Of a stretch of 64,000 nucleotides of DNA, positions 49,973-63,265 are shown one piece after another; position 1 is the first letter of the stretch; the number at the start of each line of letters is the position of its first letter. This DNA comes from the human T2T-CHM13v2.0 reference genome, Homo sapiens. The notes under the pieces are model-generated. The model was not told where the DNA came from and ran no database searches. It saw only the letters and a program-made list of their open reading frames with translations. The stretch lies in the NCBI RefSeq assembly GCF_009914755.1, contig NC_060934.1; one strand, given 5' to 3'. A program made the translations under genes and the position numbers.

Positions 49973-50127
49973 ATCCCCTGTAAGCAGCTTACAGATTCGC
50001 TATGATCAACCAGGCAACAGCAGTTTGGAAAATCTGCCTCCAGTAGCAGCCAGCATAGAACAGCTTTTGGAGAGGCAGTGGAGTGAAGGACAGCAATTTT
50101 TACTAGAACAGGGTACTCCTAGTGACA
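49973..50127 (+). CDS. MLLT10: MLLT10 exon G (155 nt, phase 2-1) with octapeptide motif EQLLERQW (50058-50081)
   Basis: ttgttttcaacAG acceptor; GTAAGT donor at 50128; the OM is diagnostic of the AF10/AF17 family; ORF 49953-50153. Confidence 0.97.
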
Positions 50128-51428
50128 GTAAGTATTCATTTTCTTATATGTGAATCAAGACAGATGGGCAGATGGACAAACAGGCAGATGGATGCAGAAG
50201 TCACTTTTCATCCAGAGTAGTAATGGGATTATGATATACATTTTATATAATACAGTGAGAGAAAGTATAAGGTGAAGTGGTTTAATAGAAGAGATTCTAT
50301 AGTGTTACTGCTTGGACTTGAATCCTGTCTTTACCTGTTATTAATAGTATGATCTTGGGCATGTTTTTTAAAGTTCTTTAATCTCCTATTTTTACAATTG
50401 GGAGTAATAATGCACCCATATCAGAGGGTTATTGTGAGGATTAAATGACATGAAAAATGTAAGGACCACTGCCTGGCTCATACATAGCATTGTCTCGGTG
50501 CTTACCATGATTATACATATTGGTACTTTGTGTCTCCACTGTACTTTGTTCTTATCAATCAGTTTACTAAAATACATGAGCACTGTCTTCTCTTACCCCA
50601 ATTGTTAGAAGAAAACTTGCTCACCTCTGGAAAACTTACTTTAAAAAATACAAATAGTCAAGTATGGCCGGCTAGCTTCTTCATTTTATAATTTGGAGGA
50701 AGAATAATAATTATTGAATTAAATCTATAATTAGTATATATTATGCTTATCATCTATTGGATTATAGAGCATGTACTATATATCTGTGTTTCAGTATCTT
50801 CACCATTTTAAGTATTAGGGCCGTGGGTGTAAAATGCAGAGTTAAAATAGGTGGTGGTTAGCTGGAGATGTGGCCTTGTCTTAATTTTAGGGAAAAATAG
50901 GTGGTTTTCATCATTTTCGAGTATAAACTTTTGCTGCCTCATTTTATTGAAACATTTTGCTTATTGTTGGCTAGCTAAGTGCCATAAATTGGTATTTTAT
51001 GAATGGTACCCTGACAAAAAATGCTAATTAATTGTGAGGAAATTCATGCCAGGCTAATCCTTTAAACACGATAGCTGGAGGATAGGTTTAGCTGAGTCTT
51101 ATTGCATCTCATTTGGGCCCACTAAGGTTTCTTTGTGGGATCTTGGAGGGGAGGGATAAAAGTTAAATCCATGGGAAACGGCCAGATGTGTCTGTACCAG
51201 AGGAGTTGTATCTTCTAAAGGCCCTGAGGTCATGTTAAACAAATACAACTTTTTAGTATGTGACGGACACTTCAAAAATCTTAACGGCAACACTCTGTGT
51301 TGTTAGCTGGGAGGTCCAAGTTGTGGAAGGAATTGAAGTACTTGAGGTGATGGGGCCAGACTGAAAGTCAGCCTGTTTACAGGGGATGCGCCTTTCTCCA
51401 GGACTGGAGAGGTGGCTGGGCGCACACA

Positions 51429-51444
51429 TAGCGCTCCCTGCTGG
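51429..51444 (-). promoter_or_regulatory. Candidate CTCF site CCAGCAGGGAGCGCTA
   Basis: 13/14 match to the core CCAGCAGGGGGCGC, inside a GC/CpG-enriched, non-repeat intronic patch. Confidence 0.6.
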
Positions 51445-51971
51445 GTGACCTGCAGAGCAACATGCTGAGCAGCTGGGATTAGGGGCTTCCTGCCAGGCGT
51501 CTGATGGCAGCACTTCGTTTAAACCGGACAACAAACAAAAACATGTGCTCATTATTTTGGTAGAGGGTATTGGTGCGATCCTTAACCATTCTGTATATGA
51601 CTTCAATGCAAAATAGTGACAGGCACTTGAATTTTTAATAGGCTTTTATTTTGATGAAAATAAAATGTCATTACTTTTCATTGAGAATGGAAAATTACCT
51701 GAAGCTGGTGTGTGTTTTTTGGTATGTGGCAACAAAGTTTCCAGAAGGTACATCCAGGAACACTTTGCCTTTGTGCTTATAAAAATACAAACATAGATAG
51801 GCAATTTATATCCATAAACAAATTTAGGAACAAAACTTTATCATTTAGAAACACTTTACAGAATTTCTACTGTTCTATTTTAACTTATTTCTAAGGTTAC
51901 CGGCACTGCGTAAAATACTTAGTCTTATGTGTGTACTTGTCATTATTAAAAACTATCCAAATGTGTGGTAG

Positions 51972-52160
51972 TTTTAGGAATGCTGAAGTCATTACACCAA
52001 CTTCAAGTTGAAAACCGAAGATTAGAGGAACAAATTAAAAACTTGACTGCCAAAAAGGAACGGCTTCAGTTATTGAATGCACAGCTTTCAGTGCCTTTTC
52101 CAACAATAACAGCAAATCCTAGTCCGTCTCATCAAATACACACATTTTCAGCACAGACTG
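51972..52160 (+). CDS. MLLT10: MLLT10 exon H (189 nt, phase 1-1), leucine zipper: (I)LGMLKSLHQLQVENRRLEEQIKNLTAKKERLQLLNAQLSVPFP...SAQT
   Basis: Heptad Leu repeat in ORF 51965-52225; TAG at 51969-71 (second AG at 51976-77); CTG|GTAAGT donor at 52161. Confidence 0.96.
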
Positions 52161-52576
52161 GTAAGTGTGAAAATATTTATTTTGTATCTAAGGAAAATAG
52201 GCTTTCAGTTTTATTTGTATTATAAGTGAGTAATAATTGGTCACCAGTTATATGAAGATGTAGAAAAGGAACTATAGGTTGTTTTTGAAGGGCATAAAGA
52301 ATCCTGTTAAGTGATCAACTTGAATTTAACTTTCTTAGTCCATAATATAATGGTAAAATTTACTTAAATGTCTAATGATCTCGTTATTGATTTAAAGCGA
52401 TGGTATTCAATATAGATTTTTTTTTCTTATTTAAATCAGTCTTAGGAATAGCAAGACTAGATATTTAAGTGGTTTTGATACGGGCTTCAGCATAAGCTTT
52501 TTAATAAGCCTTTAATCTTACACATAATGTAATTTAATAGGGTAAATAGGTTTCTTTTTGTCTTTTATTATTCTAG

Positions 52577-52665
52577 CTCCTACTACTGATTCCTTGAACA
52601 GCAGTAAGAGCCCTCATATAGGAAACAGCTTTTTACCTGATAATTCTCTTCCTGTATTAAATCAG
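52577..52665 (+). CDS. MLLT10: MLLT10 exon I (89 nt, phase 1-0): (A)PTTDSLNSSKSPHIGNSFLPDNSLPVLNQ
   Basis: Long T-rich tract + ctAG; CAG|GTAATT donor at 52666. Confidence 0.95.
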
Positions 52666-52767
52666 GTAATTTTTGTATGGTTATTTTCATCTATGTTGAT
52701 TTACTTGTGAATAATAGTATATTAAATGGTTTAAAATTATTTTAAACAGTTTTGCAGTGTTCTTTAA

Positions 52768-52857
52768 ACTTAGTTTCTCTTCTTTCTTACGCTGGGACTT
52801 AATGTCCAGTGGACTTAGTTTCTCTTCTTTCTTACGCTAGGACTTAACCTCCAGTGG
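52768..52857 (+). repeat. 45-bp tandem duplication spanning the exon J acceptor, 42/45 identical
   Basis: acttagtttctcttctttcttacgct(g/a)ggacttaa(tg/cc)tccagtgg at 52768 and 52813. Confidence 0.97.
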
Positions 52858-53202
52858 ACAAAGTACCAGCAGCTCATCAGCTCTTTCTACCCCACCTCCT
52901 GCTGGGCAGAGTCCGGCTCAACAAGGCTCAGGAGTGAGTGGAGTTCAGCAGGTCAATGGCGTGACAGTGGGGGCACTAGCTAGTGGAATGCAGCCTGTAA
53001 CTTCCACCATTCCTGCCGTGTCTGCAGTGGGTGGAATAATTGGAGCTTTGCCAGGTAACCAACTGGCAATTAATGGCATTGTAGGAGCTTTAAATGGGGT
53101 TATGCAGACTCCTGTCACAATGTCCCAGAACCCTACCCCTCTCACCCACACAACCGTACCACCTAATGCAACACATCCAATGCCAGCTACACTGACTAAC
53201 AG
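52841..53202 (+). CDS. MLLT10: MLLT10 exon J (362 nt, phase 0-2): DLTSSGQSTSSSS...GVQQVNGVTVGALASG...PATLTN(S)
   Basis: tttctcttctttcttacgctAG acceptor; CAG|GTAAGA donor at 53203; ORF 52934-53206. Confidence 0.96.
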
Positions 53203-54211
53203 GTAAGAAACTTAAGTATGTTTTGGGTTTTTTAGTATAACAGAGTACCGGTGTTGTCTATGCCTTAGATTGGGGCTTTCAATGTGTTCCTTTGTAGATA
53301 CACCTTAAGAAGTCTGCCAAAAATTTTAAGTATATTATACAGAGTACATTTATTTTTGAAACTTAAGTAATTTAGATTAAAATTAAGTTACTTTTAGTAA
53401 CAGCATTATGTTCTGTGCTGAAAATTAGTCTTAATCTGTGATGTCTGTTTTTAAATACTAGTTTTTCTTATTTCTTTGTATACTGTATCATAAATTCTGA
53501 AGAAAGATATCGTAGTGGAGATAACATGAATATTAGTTTCCTAAAATTTATGTAATATTTTTAATGTTCTAATCAAAGATTTTGATATAGGATAAAGGTC
53601 ATTTATCTGAATTCCCAGGAAGTGAGACTCACTGGTTTCATTGTACTGGAACTGCATTTGAATGTTTGTTCAAAACTAGGGGACTAAAGCTATGTTGTTA
53701 TTAAGCATACTTTTGGGGGAATAAATACTTTTAAATGGATTTGCAGTGGGTACTAGAAAGCTATTTCCTGTAGCTCTCTTCCTTGGTGTTTAGTTTTACC
53801 ATTGGGACCATTAGAAAAGGATAGGTCAAATCAGTGGTATGTTTGGATTCTTTGTTTCAAATATGTGTTTACTTAGTGTGAGTTAAATTATCCTTGAATA
53901 ATTAAAGATAAATTATTACATACGCTTGTTAGAAACACATGTAAATTTCTATTCCATAAAATGAGTTAGGGCCTATTTGTTTTATAATAAAAACATTTCT
54001 TGACAATGTGAATTCTTGTTTAGCTGTACACATGGATGTATATAAACATACATATATATAGAAATTGTACATAACTGTTTTCAGAGTGTTTGGATTCAGA
54101 ATTGTACTTAAGTTATTAAACATCAAATTGAAAAGTTGTCTTTCATTTTTAGACTTCTAAAAATGCATTAGAGGTGTGTAGTAAAAAGTAAGAATTGTAA
54201 TCATTTTTCAG

Positions 54212-54308
54212 TGCCTCAGGACTAGGATTACTTTCTGACCAGCAACGACAAATACTTATTCATCAACAGCAGTTTCAGCAGTTGTTAAATTCTCAACAGC
54301 TCACACCA
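54212..54308 (+). CDS. MLLT10: MLLT10 exon K (97 nt, phase 2-0): ASGLGLLSDQQRQILIHQQQFQQLLNSQQLTP
   Basis: tcatttttcAG acceptor; GTAAGT donor at 54309; Gln-rich; frame continuous. Confidence 0.95.
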
Positions 54309-54399
54309 GTAAGTTCTTTCTTTTGATAATATCTTATTAGGAGCATGTGTTCTAAGCTGTAATATTCACTGTGGGTACAGATTTCTCCTTTGTGAAATA

Positions 54400-56700
<2,301 letters not shown>

Positions 56701-57060
56701 GGTTAGATAAGAGGGGAGATGGGAAATAGAGAACTTGTAGAAGGGGAGAAAGTATGGACCGAGACCCAAGTGGGATTGTGGCTCAGGTGCAGGGCAGGCC
56801 TGGCCCTGTGGACAGTCGTGGGGCTTCCTCCAGACCCATTTCCCTAGCACTCTTCATTCAGTTGGGCTGCTTGGAGAATGCATTGCTTAATTAACATAGA
56901 AATTACAAAGGCTGACATCCTTTCTAAGTATATTTATGTACTATTTTGCTGCAGTCAAAAATATATTGAAAATACTTTTGATTCTGGATCATTTTCAGTC
57001 TGTTTTTAGAGTGGTGTTAAAGGCACACTGCATGTAAGTGTATATAAATTCTTAAATGCT

Positions 57061-57352
57061 GGCCGGGCGTGGTGGCTCATGCCTGTAATCCCAGCACTTT
57101 GGGAGACGGAGGTGGGCGGATCACGAGGTCAGGAGTTCGGGACAAGCCTGACCAACGTGGTGAAACCCCGTCTCTACTAAAAATACAAAAATTAGCCGGG
57201 TGTGGTGGCGCGTGTGTATAATCTCAGCTACTCAGGAGGCTGAGGCAGGAGAATCGCTTGAACCAGGAGGTGTAGGTTGCAGTGAGCCGAGAGCACACCA
57301 CCGCACTCCAGCCTGGACAACTAGAGCGAGACTCGGTCTCAAAAAAAAAAAA
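57061..57352 (+). mobile_element. AluS (Sg/Sc-like)
   Basis: Alu consensus; TSD tcttaaatgct. Confidence 0.92.
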
Positions 57353-57689
57353 TCTTAAATGCTGACACTAAGATGGGATCTTGTTTTTTCTTACCAGTTG
57401 CCTCATCTTAATATGAGCACTAAAACTCCATTTATTTGGGTGTCTTCCTATTAATCAAGATTTTACTCTAATAATAGCATGTGTAGCTGTCTCATTTCCA
57501 GAACATGGTTAAGGAATTTTCAGCACAAATTATTGCTTGGAGACCATGAGGACTAAAGGACTGTACTTTTTCCTTCATCTGCCAATGTCGTGGGCTAAAG
57601 TTTGTTCATTTACAGGGATCAAACTTAACGTAGGTGAGGATTTTTTGGAAGCCTCCGCACAGCTTCCGCTCGACACTCTTGCTTGACTC

Positions 57690-58680
57690 TGCTTCCCCCA
57701 GATGACTTGCATGTTTGCTAAATCCAGTGGTCCCTTCTCATTCTTCATCTTAACGTCACCTGGCAACGGCATTAGACAGAGTTGATCGCTTTTCCTCCTC
57801 CTTGAAACATTTCCTCCTCTTAGCTTCCAGGATACCACATCATCTTGGTGTCTTACTACCTAACTGGTCATTCCTTTTTAGCATCCTTTCCTGGGTCCTC
57901 CTCTTCAGCCTGAGAGTGCCCAAGGTGGAATTCAGTGATCTCTCATCACTGTCTGTAAATAGCATCTCTGTGCTGATACTTACATCTCCAGCCAGACCTC
58001 TCTCTGGAGCTTCAAGCTCCTGTAATGCAGCTGCTCACTCAGTAGCTCCGCTGGCATATCTTAAAAGACATTTCAAACATAACGTGTCCAGAACCGAACA
58101 GCTGATCTTCCTGCACAACCCCGCCCCACCCATCGTTTTCCTCACCTCAGCTGATGGCAGCTCCATCCTCACTCTGACACCCCACATTGACTCCATCCTG
58201 AAATCAGACTGTGCCACTTCTCAAAACCTTCCCGTTTTACCATGAATACAAGCCAAGGTGGCCATGCCTTGCCACTGCAAGCTCTGTGTTCTCCTCACTT
58301 CCTCCTGGCTCCCTCCACCCTTCCCGGGTCCTTGCTGCCACTGGATCCTGCTGGGCCTGCTCCTCTGGAGGCCTTTGGCACTGCCTGGAAATCCTCACCT
58401 GCCCCCATATCCACCCAGCGAATTCCCTCTTCTCCTCCAAATCTTCATCCAGATGTTAACTTCCCAATGAAAACTGCCCTGGGTAATCTGCTTAAAATTA
58501 CAACCTGACCATTAAACCCTACTCCCTCCAGACTTTCTCATACACAGTTGTGTTTCCCTTGACGCAGAGCAGTAATCACATTCTAACGTTTTCATTTATT
58601 TCCCTTTCCCTGCTCAATGTGTTTCAAGCACCAAAAGCAGTGCCTGGCACCTAGTAAGCACTCAGGAAATCTATAAATAT
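57690..58680 (+). mobile_element. Degenerate L2
   Basis: Pyrimidine-rich L2-like body ending cagtgcctggcacctagtaagcactc. Confidence 0.7.
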
Positions 58681-59102
58681 ACGCTGCATGGAGTATATGC
58701 TTGCTGTAGAGTGGTAACTGCATCAAGAAAGCACCCTAATGACAGGCAGAAACGGGAACTTTAAGGTTGTTTTAAGTTTGGAAAGGGTTTGACCACGCAT
58801 GATGCATTCAAATGTCCACCTTGATTTCTCTTAAGCTGCTGCACTTCCTGATTGATCATCACGGATAACCTAATAGAGCTCTCCTATGTGTGTCCTGTTT
58901 TGAAAATAAGCTGTTTGCTGAAGATACTGACATTTTATAGTAGATGGTTATTATCTAGTGCAGCATATTTTTCTAGATGAGATACTTGTTTTCTTTCTTT
59001 GCAAATATCTAATATTAAAGGAAAGAAAACATAAGGCAGCTCATCTGACTGCTGAATTCCGTGCTTGGGAACTCATTTTCTCTCACATGTTTTTTGCCTA
59101 AG

Positions 59103-59309
59103 GAACAACATCAAGCCTTTTTGTATCAGTTAATGCAACATCACCACCAGCAGCACCACCAACCTGAACTTCAGCAGCTGCAGATCCCTGGACCAACACA
59201 AATACCCATAAACAACCTTCTTGCAGGTACACAGGCACCCCCACTTCACACAGCTACCACCAACCCATTTCTCACCATCCATGGAGATAATGCAAGTCAG
59301 AAAGTAGCA
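59103..59309 (+). CDS. MLLT10: MLLT10 penultimate exon L, long form (207 nt, phase 0-0): EQHQAFLYQLMQHHHQQHHQPELQQLQ...DNASQKVA
   Basis: ttttttgcctaAG acceptor; GTAAGT donor at 59310; ORF 59061-59357. Confidence 0.95.
59227..59307 (+). CDS. MLLT10: MLLT10 exon L, short form read in the +1 frame: VHRHPHFTQLPPTHFSPSMEIMQVRK*
   Basis: Internal acceptor ccttcttgcAG (59225-26); 26 open codons to TAG 59305-07; matches the C-terminus I recall for the shorter AF10 isoform. Confidence 0.85.
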   Translation, partial: VHRHPHFTQLPPTHFSPSMEIMQVRK

Positions 59310-61011
59310 GTAAGTATATTTTCCTTACTACATCTAATGAAACAAGAACTGTATTGATTAATCGGAGATGATCATTTTCCAGCCTGGTTTTGTTCCCCTG
59401 ATCATTTCTTCTTAAAACCAGTTGCTTTTAGCAGATGGATATTATAGGCAAAGGATCTAAGCCAATTTATACGTCCCCTAAGTATATCAGTTTGAATTTG
59501 CACATTAGGTTTGAAGGCTGTTTTGTAATTCAGCAATTTTCAAGATGACAAAGTTAGCAAGTCATATGGGACAATCAAATCAAAAGACAATAGTTGGTGC
59601 TTTCTGAGAAGCTTTGTTTATAGAACCAGTCTATATATCTTGGAAATATTTTTATTTTACTCCAAAGTGCTTTTTACACATTAAGTATATTTATTACCAA
59701 GATGAATATATACATTTTAGGGCACACAATCCAATAATTCTACCAGATTAGAGGGAGTAAATCACAGTCACATCTGTAATGGAATTCAAATTTTTAGTTA
59801 TTAATTTCATGTAAGTGATGGCATCGTACCCTTTCAATGTGAAAGTTAAATTAAAAATGGATGCAGGAACAGTATTCTACACATACAGTAGAACCCATTT
59901 TAAGGCCGTTTCGATTAATTCTCCCCTTCAATTAGGTCTACTTTACTGGAGTATAAATGTTTCCCCTAAATTCCAGTTCAGGGCAGAACCCTGTTAGAGG
60001 AAGGCTATGGGGATGTAGAATGGAGACTGGACATCAGGAAAAGGAAGAAGGGAGGGACTGAGGTGGGAGACTTGGCAAATGAGTGTTCAAAGTTGCAGTG
60101 TTTGCTGTTTCCCGTTACTTTGAAAGTTTTGTTTACTGTGCTTTTAGTCTTCAGAAACTTTAGTTTGTACTTAGTAACGAGAATTATTCAAAATAGAGGA
60201 TTGTTTTTCATGAACTCTTCAGTGCTTTCTGTCTGCCCTCTTGTCTCGCCTACTTCCTGTCATCACACACCGCATTACCTCTCCAGTGTTCTGCTGACAT
60301 GGACAGTTTTCAGTGATTCTGTATTGAGTTCTTTGGTAGTATTTTTTCCCCCCCAGTGTTTCACCAAGTGTTTTTCTTGTGTTAAGAAATGCACTAATTA
60401 CAAACTTTTCCTAGGTTATACAATATGAAATGTATTTAATGGAAAATCACAGTAATTTAATGAGCTAATAGAGTGCTCATAATAGAGAACACAGTGCTGG
60501 GAGGTGCTGTTTGCTTAGTACCCTGCTATGTGCCAGGTGTCCTTGCAAGATACAGTGACATTTGTGATTTCAGTCTTTAATAATAGGCTGTAACTCCATT
60601 TTTTTTATAGATTAGTAAAAGGAAACGCAAAGAAAGCCCAAGGACAAATAGCAAATGTGGAATCACAGCCGATGACTTTCTTAGCCCATAAAAATTTCAT
60701 TCTCTACAGTACCATGTTACTTCTGTGGAAAAGTTGATTTTGGAAGATGAATTCTGCATTCATTCTTTACAAGTTCTGTCCCTCAGATGGGCCCACCTCT
60801 TTGGTCTTTTTATACTGTTGAATTTAATGTTTTTAAAGTATTTACTAGTAAATTCATGTCTATATATTACGTTGCAAGTAGCCTTGCCAACTTGCAAGAA
60901 AAAAGGGAGTAACTTTCTATACCACATTTTATCTCAGTCACAGTTTCAAATTCGGAGAATATTATCAAAAGTTGATTTAGCTAACGCATCTGCTCTTTTG
61001 TTTACCTGCAG

Positions 61012-61056
61012 AGACTTAGTGATAAAACTGGGCCTGTAGCTCAAGAGAAAAGTTGA
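61012..61056 (+). CDS. MLLT10: MLLT10 last coding segment (exon M): RLSDKTGPVAQEKS*
   Basis: Branch-point CTAAC 60981-85; ctcttttgtttacctgcAG acceptor; TGA 61054-56. Confidence 0.95.
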   Translation, partial: RLSDKTGPVAQEKS

Positions 61057-62371
61057 CACCTGAGAAACATCTAGAAATTGCCTATCCTGCTGTTCTAGCA
61101 CTTCATCTGGCTGCCTTTGCAGTCCTTTTACTACAGCTATGAAGAAACGCAACAAGAAACTCAATGCACAACAAAGGATTAATTGCTGCAAGGACATTCT
61201 TGTAAGGCTTTGATTAGTTTTCTTGTTGCTTTGTTGCACTGAAATGGAATTCCCATGCCCCTACCCCTTACCCCAGTTTTTTGAACATGGAAAGAAAATT
61301 TAATAACTTTTTAAAGTGACATAATTTACATGCAATATGTTTATCAACTCAAGAATTTAATATAGTTGGTACACAACTAGTTTTGTTTATAAATTGGAGA
61401 TGCAAATAGCAAAACTAAATACTTGCTCCATTTACAAACTACTTGATTTTATTGTACAAGTTGAAATATGCTCTTTTGTTTGGGTTACAGTATGCTTGCT
61501 CTAAGTCAAATTCCAAGGAACTAATTTCTTCTCCTGGAGTTGCATTGATTCAGTATTACAAATATATAGCACATCACCTGGGACTTGGCAATCTTTGTTA
61601 AAAAAAAATTTCCTTTCTAATGGGATTTGGCCAATTTTGGTAATGAAGTTAGGATGGTAATGTCTGCATCTGCTAAAGGTAATTTTCTTTTGAGAATTGC
61701 TTTCTTTAGTGTTAAGACCTACTCATATTTTGAAGAAATCTTGAGTTAAGTGAGTTCTGAGGCTGCTGGGGGAACCAGATCAATTCAAAGCTAAATACTT
61801 CTTTCAGAAAGGGGCCACTGTGGAAAGTGCTGGTGGGGTTTGCCCTTGATCAAGTGCCTCCATTGTGCTGCAAGGGCTGTAGACAGCAGGGTGGGACAGT
61901 CAGTCCTCCGAGCAGCAGGAATCATCCCGTCACCTGCAGCCTTCCCATGCTTCCGCCTTTATTCAGAACTTTCTGTGCCACTGTAGATAGCTCAGGCAAA
62001 ACTATTACCTGGGTATTTATCCACTAATGAGTCACAAGAAAAGGAGTGGATTTGGTAAGAATAGAGATTTGTTTTATTTAAACCACTTCCCATTACTGAC
62101 CATTAAAAGCTCACCACTAGAGTTCCTGAAACAGGTGAAACCTGTATGACAGCCCTTCCACTTTGGGGAGCCACGCTTTTGATGTGACAGTACCGCAGAG
62201 TGATTCCCCCACTGAGGATGTCATCATCAAACTCTTCTTTGGTGTGTGAATTATTAGTGGAAAAGACCCAGCTGTAATTAGACCTCCACTGTGTACTTAG
62301 CTGGAAGAACATGTTAATTCTGCAATATGTTTCTTGGTTAAACATTGCACAGTTCTTACCTCATTTCTGTA

Positions 62372-62377
62372 AATAAA
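62372..62377 (+). terminator. Proximal poly(A) signal AATAAA
   Basis: AATAAA with TGTA immediately upstream and GU/U-rich sequence downstream (gttttgtg...tgttttgtattgtg). Confidence 0.7.
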
Positions 62378-62654
62378 GTTTTGTGAATCTGTTTTGTATT
62401 GTGACAAATTCATAAGATAACATTGATATTTTGATTTGTAATATTTCTAATTGGTAGATTTAATTGAAAAGTAAAATTAATTTATTTTTATATGTTCAGG
62501 GGAATTTTAAAGTCAAATCTTTTGTAGATAATTTAAAAAATCAGTGTGGTTTATTTTACTTATTTAACCCACTGGTTGTTATTCTGTAACAGTTTGTATA
62601 AATGGTAAATTTTGAATGTGTTGTTATTTTACCTAGATGTAAAATTCCACATGT

Positions 62655-62685
62655 ATTAAAATGTACAAAATGTTTTGTTAATAAA
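62655..62685 (+). terminator. Distal poly(A) signals ATTAAA (62655-60) and AATAAA (62680-85)
   Basis: Hexamers preceded by a cluster of TGTA (CFIm) motifs; AT-richness drops abruptly after ~62705. Confidence 0.75.
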
Positions 62686-63104
62686 ATTTAATAATGTTTA
62701 TAACTCCGTGCCATTCTCATTTGGAGAGGATGGAGGGGGTGCACCCATGTTGCTTCCTCAGGGAGTCTTGGCCTGTGTTTTGTGTTTGGAGCACTGGTAT
62801 ATTGCCCCGGAGTTAATGGAAACTCTCATGAGCAAATGCTATACGATGTGCAAAGCATTCTGTAAAGCACTGTGCGGTACAAACCCACCTCGGGCTCAGA
62901 GATCTTGGATCATCCTCAGATGAGACGGAGAGAGAAGAGGGAAACAGCCTTGGTGGAGATAAAAGGAAAACAAAGTCCTTTTAGATGAGATAATTAGAGC
63001 CCGTTGATAAAGCAGTACTCACACTTGGTAGAGAGAGATTCTTCTTCTTTATACAGTTAGCTTTAACTAGAGGCATATCCATGAAAGAGAAGCCCAATCT
63101 ACTT

Positions 63105-63265
63105 AGTGGTCTTGGGGTCTTGGTAAGCATCAGAATCACCTGTGGTGCTTTTCAAAAATATAAATGCTCAGACTTTTTATCCCAGACTTAATTGAATCAG
63201 AACATACTGATCTGTGTCAAGTGCTCCTGGTAATTAAGAGGCACATGAACAAGAAAAACTGGTCC
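63105..63265. mobile_element. MER5-like DNA transposon relic
   Basis: gcatcagaatcacctg..cttt..aaaata..atgct..cccagac..tgaatcagaa. Confidence 0.6.

Larger units (their letters stand above)
61057..62705 (+). other. MLLT10: MLLT10 3' UTR (end approximate)
   Basis: AU-rich stretch with no recognisable interspersed repeat, from the stop codon to ~20 nt past the distal AATAAA. Confidence 0.8.

Noticed and set aside
50128-51971. U12-type intron to explain the tract-less exon H acceptor
   Set aside because: Donor is GTAAGT, not RTATCCTT, and there is no TCCTTAAC near the acceptor (the one at ~51578 is ~390 nt away).
61054-61062. Stop-codon readthrough at TGA-C
   Set aside because: Context is TGA CAC, not the TGA CTAG motif; no other support.
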